DNA from: an uncultured Solirubrobacterales bacterium | GTDB lineage: Bacteria > Actinomycetota > Thermoleophilia > Solirubrobacterales > JBBDJG01 | Assembly: GCA_963826005.1 (NCBI GenBank) | Contig: CAWGVJ010000004.1 | Coordinates: 37,279-101,278 of the forward strand | Direction of reading: 5' to 3' | DNA length: 64,000 nt | Shown: positions 21,438 to 29,554 of the stretch, in pieces | Numbering within the stretch: the first letter of the stretch is position 1 | Layout of the letters: each line of letters begins with the position of its first letter | Program-made: the position numbers and the translations under genes | The notes under the pieces: generated by a model | What the model was told of the DNA's origin: nothing | What the model saw: only the letters and a program-made list of their open reading frames with translations | The model's database searches: none

Positions 21438-21926
21438 CGGCGCCAGCGGGCGCAGCTCCTCGGCGTAGGACATCGAGTGGCGCGCCAGCGCGCCGTCCTC
21501 CCCCACGCTGTATGCGCCCATGCGCCACAGCGGCGGCGAGTACACGTGCAGCGTGACCGCCGGCTCGCTGCCCCAGTGCTCCACGCGGTGGATGTCCGAC
21601 GCGCTGAACGAGAAGCTCGCGCCCGGCTCGAACACGCGGGTGAGCGGCTCGGCGCCGAGCGCCAGCCGCTGCTCGCGCACCGCGCCGCGCACGACGGACA
21701 CCGCGCCCGCGGACAGGTCGTGGTCGTGAAAGCCCGTGTCCTGCTCCTTCATCCAGCAGATCACCCACGCGGCGAGATGCTCGTCGCGCCACAGCTGCTC
21801 GTAGAAGCGCGCGTCCGGAACGTGCCGCACGAGGCCCCGCCACAGCTCGGTGCGGTCGGCAAGCCGCCGGACCACGTCCTCGAGCTCGGGGCGCTCGAGC
21901 GTGCGACCGCGCGCGTACTCGATCAC
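21423..21926 (-). CDS. cysteine dioxygenase type I-like cupin
   Basis: 167-aa ORF. Cupin metal motif GFHDHD...H (DIHRVEH). ATGA overlap with the upstream amidohydrolase gene. Confidence 0.75.
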   Translation of the reverse strand: MIEYARGRTLERPELEDVVRRLADRTELWRGLVRHVPDARFYEQLWRDEHLAAWVICWMKEQDTGFHDHDLSAGAVSVVRGAVREQRLALGAEPLTRVFEPGASFSFSASDIHRVEHWGSEPAVTLHVYSPPLWRMGAYSVGEDGALARHSMSYAEELRPLAPLAPA

Positions 21927-22867
21927 GCCGCGACCTCGTCGCCGTCACGAGACCGGTCGCCGTCGAGCAGCCGCAAGGGATTGACGCTGAGCGTCGCGTC
22001 CCGCGCGGCGTCGCCCAGCTGGCACGCGCCGGGCTCGACGACGGGCCGGTCCGACCCGTACACGATTTGCTCGACTCCGACGCAGCGCACCATCGCGTCG
22101 AGCGCCTGGCTGCCGTAGGACGACGTGTCGTAGAAGGTGCGCCGGTCGACGGCGCCGGCGGCCGGGCCCCCGCGCGCGACGAGCCGCTCGTGATGCAGCG
22201 GCGCGCAGCCGCCCAGCATTGCGAAGAGGACGCGCAGGCTCGGCAAGGCCGGCCTGCCCTCGGCCAGGAAGGCGAGCCAGGCGGCGTGCATGCCGGACAC
22301 GTAGCGCGTGAGTGCGACCCACCACTCGGGGGCCCGCGGGTCTCCGCGGTGCCAGGGCTCGGCGGGGGCCGGTCCGGGGTGCACGAACAGCGGCAGCTCG
22401 CGTTCCTCCAGCCGGCGCAGCACCGGGAGCAGCTTGTGGATCCTCCCCGGTGAGGCGAGCGCGTCAGCCGGCAGCGACAGGCCGACGAAGCCGGCGTCGC
22501 GCACCGCATCGACGTCCGCGGGGTCGGCCCGGTCGAGGGGGATGGATCCCCAGGCGCGGAACGGGCCCGGCAGCTCCAAGGCACCGAGCGCGTAGGCGGC
22601 GATCAGCTCCTCCGCCTCCGGACGCGGGAGCGCTTCGATGCCGACCGGGCTCGACAGGGCGACGAGGGCGCGGTCGACCCCGTCGTCGGTGAGCTGGCGC
22701 AGGCGCCGATCGACCGCGGTGTCCCCGGCCGCGAGTGTGAATGCGCCCTCGGCGGTGTGGAGCGTCCAGGCCCCGGGCACACCGCGCACATATGGTGCGC
22801 GGCGGCGATGCGAGAGCGCCGAGACCAGAGGCTCGGTCCAGAGGTGCTGGTGGACGTCGATTCGCAT
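21923..22867 (-). CDS. amidohydrolase-2 family protein (ACMSD-like)
   Basis: ATG 22867 (M11 of ORF 21923..22897). N-terminal metal motif DVHQHLW. Divergent from the carbonic anhydrase gene across an AT-rich spacer. Confidence 0.8.
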   Translation of the reverse strand: MRIDVHQHLWTEPLVSALSHRRRAPYVRGVPGAWTLHTAEGAFTLAAGDTAVDRRLRQLTDDGVDRALVALSSPVGIEALPRPEAEELIAAYALGALELPGPFRAWGSIPLDRADPADVDAVRDAGFVGLSLPADALASPGRIHKLLPVLRRLEERELPLFVHPGPAPAEPWHRGDPRAPEWWVALTRYVSGMHAAWLAFLAEGRPALPSLRVLFAMLGGCAPLHHERLVARGGPAAGAVDRRTFYDTSSYGSQALDAMVRCVGVEQIVYGSDRPVVEPGACQLGDAARDATLSVNPLRLLDGDRSRDGDEVAA

Positions 22868-22964
22868 CAGAGGCATAAAATACACAAAGTCGATCAAATT
22901 TACATAGATTCCTTAGAATCATCGGCCCAAAGCCAGGAATTGCGCTTCTTGAAAGGAGAGATGC

Positions 22965-23456
22965 ATGAGCGTCACCGACCAACTGCTCGACAACAGCCGC
23001 CGCTATGCGGCGGAGTTCGACAAGGGAGACCTCCCCCTCCCGCCGGCAAAGAAGGTGGCCGTAGTGGCCTGCATGGACGCCCGCCTGATCCCCACCCGGG
23101 TGCTCGGCCTCGACGAGGGCGACGCGCACGTGATCCGCAACGCGGGCGGCGTTGTGACCGACGACGAGATCCGCTCGCTGTCGATCTCACAGCACCTGCT
23201 GGGCACCGAGGAGATCATCTTGATTCACCACACGGATTGCGGGATGCTCACGTTCACGGACGAGCAGTTCAAGGAGCGCCTCGAGCAGGAGACCGGCGCC
23301 GTGCCGGACTGGGAAGTGGAGTGCTTCTCCGACCTCGACGAGGACGTGCGCAAGTCGATCCGGCGCATCCAGGACAGCCCGTTCATCCCGCGCAAGAACG
23401 TGCGCGGGTTCGTCTACGACGTCACGGACGGCTCACTTCGTGAAGTGGAGGCGTGA
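22965..23456 (+). CDS. beta-class carbonic anhydrase
   Basis: 163-aa ORF. Zinc ligand motifs CMDAR and HHTDCG. AAAGGAGAG RBS before ATG 22965. Confidence 0.9.
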   Translation: MSVTDQLLDNSRRYAAEFDKGDLPLPPAKKVAVVACMDARLIPTRVLGLDEGDAHVIRNAGGVVTDDEIRSLSISQHLLGTEEIILIHHTDCGMLTFTDEQFKERLEQETGAVPDWEVECFSDLDEDVRKSIRRIQDSPFIPRKNVRGFVYDVTDGSLREVEA

Positions 23457-24856
23457 TGCAACTGAAACCGGATCCGACTTTCTACGCGACCCCGGCGGAG
23501 GCGGCCGGCGCCGCGCGCGAGCAGCTCGCCTACGTCGTGACGCTCAACACCGGCACGAACGGCGACAAACGTCCCGATGCGCTGTCGGTGATCGACCTCG
23601 ACCCGCGGTCGTCGACCTACGGAACGATCGTCGGGCGGCTCGACATGCCGAACGTCGGCGACGAGCTGCACCACTTCGGGTGGAACGCATGCTCCTCGGC
23701 ACTGTGCCCATGGGCGGCCCACCCGCACGTCGAGCGCCGGTACCTGATCGTGCCCGGCCTGCGCTCGTCGCGGCTGCACGTCGTCGACGTGAAGGGCGAT
23801 CCGCGGCAGCCGAAGCTCGTCAAGGTGATCGAGGCGGACGAGATCGCGGCGAAGACGGGATACAGCCGCGTCCACACGATCCACTGCGGCCCCGACGGCA
23901 TCTACGTGTCGGCGCTCGGCAACCCGGACGGCGACGGTCCGGGCGGCATCTTCCTACTGGACCACGAGAACTTCACCGTCAAGGGTCAGTGGGAGGCCGA
24001 CCGCGGCCCGCAGGAGCTGGCCTACGACTTCTGGTGGCACCTGAACTACGGCAACGTGATCACCAGCGAATGGGGCACGCCGAACATGGTCGAGGACGGA
24101 CTGGTGCCCGACCTGCTGCTCAGCAACCAGTACGGACACCGGCTGCACGTGTGGGACCTCGACAAGCGTGCGCACCTGCAGGAGATCGACCTCGGCCCCG
24201 AGCATCAGATGGTGCTCGAGCTGCGCCCGGCGCACGACCCGCGCAACGCGTACGGGTTCGTCGGCGTGGTCGTGTCGACAGCCGACTTGTCCGCGTCGGT
24301 GTGGCTGTGGGAGCGCAGGGACGACGGCACGTTCGACGTGTCAAAGGTGATCACCATCCCCGCGGAACCGGCGGAGGCGGACCAGCTCCCGCCGGCGCTG
24401 CAGCCCTTCGGCGCGGTGCCGCCGCTGATCACGGACATCGCACTGTCGGTCGATGACCGCGAGCTGTTCGTGTCGTGCTGGGGCACAGGCGAGTTGAAGA
24501 AGTTCGACGTCTCGGACCCGAGGCATCCACGGGAAACCGGCTCGGTGCGGCTCGGCGGCATCGTGGAGCGCGCTGCGCACCCGGCCGCGGGCGCGTTGAA
24601 CGGGGGACCGCAGATGGTCGAGGTCAGCCGCGACGGCGAGCGCGTGTACCTGACGAACTCGCTGTACGCGGCCTGGGACGCGCAGTTCTACCCCGAGAGC
24701 ATCGACGGTTGGCTGGTGAAGCTCGACTCGACGCCGGGGAACGGGCTGGCGGTCGATCCCGAGTTCTTCGTCGAGTACAGCGGCGAGCGCCCCCACCAGG
24801 TGCGACTCGAGGGCGGGGACGCCTCCTCCGACTCGTACTGCTTCCCCGACACCTAG
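23453..24856 (+). CDS. selenium-binding protein 56 family (methanethiol oxidase-like)
   Basis: 467-aa ORF. Full-length resemblance to the SBP56 family by eye (N-terminus PDPTFYATPAEA, …HHFGWNACSS…). GTG 23453 or ATG 23456 overlaps the carbonic anhydrase stop (TGATG). Confidence 0.85.
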   Translation: MMQLKPDPTFYATPAEAAGAAREQLAYVVTLNTGTNGDKRPDALSVIDLDPRSSTYGTIVGRLDMPNVGDELHHFGWNACSSALCPWAAHPHVERRYLIVPGLRSSRLHVVDVKGDPRQPKLVKVIEADEIAAKTGYSRVHTIHCGPDGIYVSALGNPDGDGPGGIFLLDHENFTVKGQWEADRGPQELAYDFWWHLNYGNVITSEWGTPNMVEDGLVPDLLLSNQYGHRLHVWDLDKRAHLQEIDLGPEHQMVLELRPAHDPRNAYGFVGVVVSTADLSASVWLWERRDDGTFDVSKVITIPAEPAEADQLPPALQPFGAVPPLITDIALSVDDRELFVSCWGTGELKKFDVSDPRHPRETGSVRLGGIVERAAHPAAGALNGGPQMVEVSRDGERVYLTNSLYAAWDAQFYPESIDGWLVKLDSTPGNGLAVDPEFFVEYSGERPHQVRLEGGDASSDSYCFPDT

Positions 24857-24925
24857 TGGCCCCGCTCGGAACGTTCGCCAGGAAACGGCGCCGACTCCGG
24901 GGCCGCCAGGCAAGGACGCAGGGAG

Positions 24926-24949
24926 CCCGCGTACTGGTTAGTACGCGGG
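24926..24949 (+). terminator. stem-loop downstream of SBP56 gene
   Basis: CCCGCGTAC-TGGTTA-GTACGCGGG (9-bp stem), 70 nt after the stop. No U-tract. Confidence 0.4.
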
Positions 24950-25022
24950 CGACCGAGGACGCCGCATGGTGGTTCCGGAGGCCGCCGTTTGCGGCGAGAC
25001 GTTGCGAGCGGGGCCACTAACA

Positions 25023-25668
25023 ATGGGCGACGCCTGGCCCTGGATCGCGCTCGCGCTGCTCGGCGCCTATCACGGGCTCAACCCCGCGATGGGCTGGCTG
25101 TTCGCGGTCGGGCTCGGCCTGCAGGACGGCGACCGGCGGGCGGTGCTGCGCGCGCTGCCACCGATCGCGATCGGGCACGAGCTGGCGCTCGCGGTCGTGT
25201 CGTGATCGTGCTGGGGCTGGGGCTGGTGGCGTCGTCACAGGTGCTGCATCTGTGGCAGCGGGAACGCTGATCGGCTTCGGGCTGTTCCGGTTCGCCAAGC
25301 CGCGCGCGCATCCACGGTGGACGCGCGCGCGGGTGAATCGGCGGGAGCTGACCCTGTGGTCGTTCCTGATGTCGAGCGCGCACGGCGCGGGGCTGATGGT
25401 GGCGCCGGTGCTGCTGGGTCTGAGCGGCGACGCCGCCGCCGGATCGGATCACGGTCTGGAGGCGGCCCGGTCCGGCGCGTTCTCCGTCGCCGAAGGAGCG
25501 CTCGCGGCGTCGCTCCACGTGGTCGCGATGCTGGCCGTGATGGCGGTCATCGCGGTGCTCGTGTACGACAAGCTCGGGGTCAGGATCCTGCGCGGCACGT
25601 GGATCAACCTGGAGTGGTTCTGGGCCGCGAGCTTCATCGGCGCAGGACTCTTCACGCTGTTCAGCTGA
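25023..25668 (+). pseudogene. polytopic membrane protein, family not recognised; two frame changes (~25200, ~25255)
   Basis: ATG 25023 (MGDAWPWIALALLGAYHGLNP...). Continues through ...VIVLGLGLVASSQVLH... into ORF 25252..25668. Hydrophobic throughout, with a conserved-looking HGAGLMV motif. Confidence 0.5.
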
Positions 25669-25706
25669 GCGCCGCGTCCGCGCGCCGCACGGCCTCGGTG
25701 AGGCGG

Positions 25707-26216
25707 TCAAAGCGCTGGTCGCTCTGCTTCGAGCAGGGAGCCGAGCGTCGCGCGCACCGCCTCGAGGTCCACCGTGCTCGCGGAGAACATCGCCTCGACG
25801 TCCGCCCAGTCGCGCGTGCGGTCGAACATCACCTTGAACACGGTCAGCTCGATCGGGCCGAGGATCGGAATGTGCGTCCCGGCGAACGGGACCTGCTTCG
25901 TGTGTCGCGCCGCGTCGGCGTGGACCGGCTGGTAGTCGAAGAACAGGTCGACCGGCGTCTCGTCCCACCAGAGGCGGATCTGCCCGTCGGCCGCGATCGT
26001 CTCGGCGGTCCCCTTCGGGCGTGCGACGCCGGCCGGCAGCGCCGCAAGCGCCGGCGCGCTGTCCGCGGCGGGGACGAAGACATTCAGGTCGATGTCGCTC
26101 GTGCCGCGCGGGTCCTTCGTCCAGTAGGCGAGCGCAAGTGCGCCACCGAACGCGTGCGGGATCTTCTTCTTGGCGAGCGCGCGATGCAGCGCGAGGATCT
26201 TCTCGGGAAGGGTCAC
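25707..26216 (-). CDS. minimal nucleotidyltransferase-fold protein
   Basis: GTG 26216 in ORF 25707..26615 gives 169 aa. NTase motif GGALALAYW-x8-SDIDLNVFV (G[GS]-x9-13-DxD). The start overlaps the XRE gene stop (GTGA). Confidence 0.65.
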   Translation of the reverse strand: MTLPEKILALHRALAKKKIPHAFGGALALAYWTKDPRGTSDIDLNVFVPAADSAPALAALPAGVARPKGTAETIAADGQIRLWWDETPVDLFFDYQPVHADAARHTKQVPFAGTHIPILGPIELTVFKVMFDRTRDWADVEAMFSASTVDLEAVRATLGSLLEAERPAL

Positions 26217-26554
26217 GTCGCGGGTTTGGATCGCGTCGCGAGACGGGGGAAGCGCAGGTCGCGTCGATGGCTGGTCGGCAGAGCGGCGGCCAGGTCGAGC
26301 ACCGCGACGAGCCCCCGCCCCGCCCGCGCGAGCTGGGCGTCGGATACCTGCACCACCGGCCGCTCGGCGGGCTCCACGACCAGGCGCGACGCGGCCGCCG
26401 CCAGCAGCCGCCCGAACGTCTCGACGGTCGGCTGCTTGCGCCCGTTCTCGTACGCCGAAACCGTGGCCTGTGATGTGCCGGCGCGCGTGGCGAGCTCGTG
26501 CTGCGAGAGGCCGGCGCGCAGTCGTGCCGCGCGAATCGTGGACGCTGCATCCAT
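26213..26554 (-). CDS. XRE-family helix-turn-helix transcriptional regulator
   Basis: ATG 26554 in ORF 26213..26680 gives 113 aa. Classic HTH_3 (IRAARLRAGLSQHELATRAGTSQATVSAYENGRKQP). Confidence 0.8.
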   Translation of the reverse strand: MDAASTIRAARLRAGLSQHELATRAGTSQATVSAYENGRKQPTVETFGRLLAAAASRLVVEPAERPVVQVSDAQLARAGRGLVAVLDLAAALPTSHRRDLRFPRLATRSKPAT

Positions 26555-26564
26555 GTTCCGAAGT

Positions 26565-26580
26565 ATATCCGATCGGATAT
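26565..26580 (-). promoter_or_regulatory. 16-bp perfect palindrome overlapping a -10-like TATACT; candidate XRE operator and leaderless promoter
   Basis: ATATCCGA|TCGGATAT. On the minus strand, TATACT is followed by 7 nt and then the XRE ATG. Confidence 0.5.
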
Positions 26581-26643
26581 GCATGCCGCGAACATTTCGC
26601 CTGCCCCCAAGCCAAATACCGCGGGCTATACTTGGCCCCACGC

Positions 26644-26717
<74 letters not shown>

Positions 26718-26723
26718 TTTCGC

Positions 26724-26748
26724 GAAAGCCGCTTATAAAGCGGCTTTC
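26724..26748 (+). terminator. intrinsic terminator-like hairpin after tRNA-fMet
   Basis: GAAAGCCGCTT-ATA-AAGCGGCTTTC, followed by CGCGTTTTCGGG. Overlaps the 3' end of the convergent MBL gene. Confidence 0.6.
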
Positions 26749-27533
26749 CGCGTTTTCGGGAACCACCTGGAGTTTGGGCCTACCGCCCTCGGGCCTGCTC
26801 CAGGTTCGACTGGTGGGGGCCGGAGAGCCAGTCCTGACTCCAGACGCGCGTCGACCGGTTCCTCTCCTCGCCGCAGCGCGTCGATGTAGGCATGATCGGC
26901 GGCGAGGCGGGCCGCCACCTCGGGACCCTCGGCAACGGCGCCGTGGCCGGGGACCACGACATCGACGTGCCTGGCGGCCTCACCCAGCCGGTCGAGTGCC
27001 GTCTCGTAGGCGCCCACCTGATCGGGGCGGCGAGGGTCGAGGAGCGGGATCAGGACGTCGGAGAGCATGTCGCCGGCGAGCAGGACGCCACGGTCCGCGA
27101 GGAGGACCGCGGCGTGGCCGATGGCGTGCGCCTGATGCTCGACGATCTCGCCCGGCACGGGTCCGCCGTCCGCGGGCAGCGGGGTGACGAGCGCGATCAG
27201 CTCGAGAGGGATGCCCGACGCGCTCTCCGCCGCCATCGCCTGCGCCCGCTCTCGGGCTTCACTGGCAGCGTGGGCGCCGGCGGGGGTGGCGTAGCGCGGC
27301 ACGTCGCCGAACCGGGGATGCCAGAGCAGGTGGTCCCAGTGGGGATGGGTGGAGAACCCGGCGACCACCGGAATGCCGAGCCGGTCCAGGTCATCGGCGA
27401 GCTGGTTCAGATCGGAACCGTCGATGCCGGGATCGACCAGGATCAACCCATCCTCCCCGCGCACCACGATGGCATTGCTCCAGACCCACTCGCTCTGCCG
27501 GACCCAGACGCCGTCGGCCACCTGATTCAGCAT
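26733..27533 (-). CDS. MBL-fold metallo-hydrolase
   Basis: 266-aa ORF. HxHxDH motif (THPHWDHLLW). Confidence 0.85.
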   Translation of the reverse strand: MLNQVADGVWVRQSEWVWSNAIVVRGEDGLILVDPGIDGSDLNQLADDLDRLGIPVVAGFSTHPHWDHLLWHPRFGDVPRYATPAGAHAASEARERAQAMAAESASGIPLELIALVTPLPADGGPVPGEIVEHQAHAIGHAAVLLADRGVLLAGDMLSDVLIPLLDPRRPDQVGAYETALDRLGEAARHVDVVVPGHGAVAEGPEVAARLAADHAYIDALRRGEEPVDARLESGLALRPPPVEPGAGPRAVGPNSRWFPKTRKAAL

Positions 27534-27545
27534 CGGTTCACTCTA

Positions 27546-28001
27546 TTACGACCCCAAGGGCGACGAGGAATCCTCGGCGTGCACGTCTTGCTGCGACAAC
27601 CCAACGGCTTCGAAAGCCTGGGTCGGGTCCATGTAGATGTGCCAAGCGACGATCCGTCCGCCGCGAAGCGTCCAGACGTGCGCGATCCGTTCGTTGAGCT
27701 CCACGCCGCTGTGCTTGCCGTACGCGCGTGCCTCAACGGTGGCCACGACCCGATCGCCGCCGGCGATGAGCCGTATGGGCACCCAGTGGAGGTCCCGGAA
27801 CGTTTCGAACACCTCCCGCGCGCTGCACGCCAGGCCGTCGTAACCGTGGAACGTCCCCTCGGTCCCGAGGAACGATGCACTCTGCCGGAGCTCGACGGCT
27901 GGATCGAAGAACTGGAAGATCCCCGGATCAAACACGCGTTCCGGCCGGGCAAGAAACTCGTCGTAGAGCCGAGTGATCGTTTCCACGTTCTCCTGCGACA
28001 T
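27546..28001 (-). CDS. SnoaL/ketosteroid-isomerase-like NTF2 protein
   Basis: ATG 28001 (MSQENVETITRLYDEF...) within ORF 27546..28214 gives 151 aa. Confidence 0.75.
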   Translation of the reverse strand: MSQENVETITRLYDEFLARPERVFDPGIFQFFDPAVELRQSASFLGTEGTFHGYDGLACSAREVFETFRDLHWVPIRLIAGGDRVVATVEARAYGKHSGVELNERIAHVWTLRGGRIVAWHIYMDPTQAFEAVGLSQQDVHAEDSSSPLGS

Positions 28002-28014
28002 CGCCCGAGCAGTA

Positions 28015-29055
28015 TCAGAGGTGAGGCGCCAGGAGCGGGGCGAGGCCCTGGGCGAGGACGCACGGCCGGTGAGCCCCGTCGCTGTCTGACCCACCGAGGC
28101 CGAGGACCTGGGGACGGCCGGCACCCGCGCTCGCCTCGTTGATGCGCCGGATGACGACCAGGAGCTCTGCGGCCCCGCAGCCGAGTTGGCGACCGGCCTC
28201 GTCGAACGCGACATACGCCTCGGCGACGGCCGCGGTCGTGACCACGCGCAGGAGCGCCCTCGCCGTGCTGTCGACTTCCTTCACGAGAGCGCGGGCGGCG
28301 GCCGCGTTCCAAGGCACCTGCCTCGGAGGCAGCGGCCCCCGGTTGGGCAGGAGCCACGTCGCTCCCTCCGCCTCGATCGTGAAGCCCTTCTCGGCGGCGA
28401 AGCGCTCGACGTGCTCGCGCATGCGGAACCGCCCGTCCTCGTCCGCCCAGTTCCAGTCGTCGCCGCAGAGGATCGAGCGGGGAAAGAGGTCATGGGCCAC
28501 CCACAGGTCTTCGTCGCTCTTGTAGGCGTCGATGTAGATCAGCTGGGGCTGGATTCCTCGGCGCCTCAGGTAGTGCAACGCCTCGGGCGAGCGCTGGCGG
28601 ACAGGGATGAACCGATCCCGCGCGTCGCGGATGTTGTTGAGCGCGAGGCAGTAGTTGCCGTACCGCTGGATCCTGTCCGCAAACATGTCGTCCAGCGCGG
28701 CGAAGATCGGGTGGCCCTCCTCCGCCCTCTTGCGGACGTAGGTGGACCAGTTGTCGTCCCACGGGTCGACTCCGATGACCTCGAGGTCAGGCGACGAGTC
28801 GAGCCATTGGCGGGTGGAGCCGCAGAAGAAGCAGCCGATCTCCAGCATCAGGGTGACGCCGTGTTCGCGGATCACGTCGATGACGAGGTGCCGGCCCCCG
28901 GCGTCGAGGGACAGGTAGAAGGGCTCTACCCCTGCGGGCAGCTCCGGCCAAGGGTTGTCGCGACGGAGGGCGTCCATGCCGGCGATGATCTCCGGGAGCG
29001 CCACGGCGTCATCCCGGCTGCCGCCAGGACGCGTCGGCTGCACCTCCGTAGCCAT
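28015..29055 (-). CDS. class I SAM-dependent methyltransferase-like protein with ~90-aa C-terminal extension
   Basis: 346-aa ORF. Motif-I-like LMLEIGCFFCGST and IYIDAYK, reminiscent of Methyltransf_24-type proteins. The C-terminal region is not recognised. Confidence 0.55.
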   Translation of the reverse strand: MATEVQPTRPGGSRDDAVALPEIIAGMDALRRDNPWPELPAGVEPFYLSLDAGGRHLVIDVIREHGVTLMLEIGCFFCGSTRQWLDSSPDLEVIGVDPWDDNWSTYVRKRAEEGHPIFAALDDMFADRIQRYGNYCLALNNIRDARDRFIPVRQRSPEALHYLRRRGIQPQLIYIDAYKSDEDLWVAHDLFPRSILCGDDWNWADEDGRFRMREHVERFAAEKGFTIEAEGATWLLPNRGPLPPRQVPWNAAAARALVKEVDSTARALLRVVTTAAVAEAYVAFDEAGRQLGCGAAELLVVIRRINEASAGAGRPQVLGLGGSDSDGAHRPCVLAQGLAPLLAPHL

Positions 29056-29218
29056 GTGGTGAGGATACGCCGAGGTCTCCGCCGCCGGGGCTATGCGTTC
29101 ATGTCCACGAAGGTGCCGTCAATCGAACGCTGGCGCGCGTCCTCGTCGTCGGCCGGTAGCTCGCCCGTTGACCAGCCGAGCGGGGGTGAAGAACCCGCAC
29201 CACCGCTCTTTAGGACAT

Positions 29219-29527
29219 ATGGGTGTTCCGACACGACCAATGTCCGGGCCGGCGCGCGAGCTGGTGGAGGAGGTCCTTCGGACCGGACTTGCATTGACCG
29301 ACGCGCTGGGGTTCCTGATCGATGCGCTTCCACCCGATGCGTTCCGCGGAGAGGACAGCGGCGAAGTCCTTATCGAGATGACGGCCGGGAGCTGTGCGGA
29401 TGCCGTTGAATCCGCGGGCGAGACGCAGTGCCGCGAGACGATCGCGCTCCTCACTGCACTTCGCGAGTGCTTTCTCCGCGATCTCAGGGCAGCCGCGGAG
29501 CTCGCGCGCTCGACCGCTGAGACCTAA
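29219..29527 (+). CDS. hypothetical acidic helical protein
   Basis: ATG 29219 (or 29240) in ORF 29093..29527. Reasonable GC3 and amphipathic sequence. No RBS and no recognised family. Confidence 0.35.
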   Translation: MGVPTRPMSGPARELVEEVLRTGLALTDALGFLIDALPPDAFRGEDSGEVLIEMTAGSCADAVESAGETQCRETIALLTALRECFLRDLRAAAELARSTAET

Positions 29528-29554
29528 ACCCCATGAGCCGAACGGGGACGCGGT

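Noticed and set aside
26892-29409. 416-aa and 407-aa plus-strand ORFs
   Set aside because: They are antisense to the well-supported MBL, NTF2-like and methyltransferase-like genes and have no recognisable domains.
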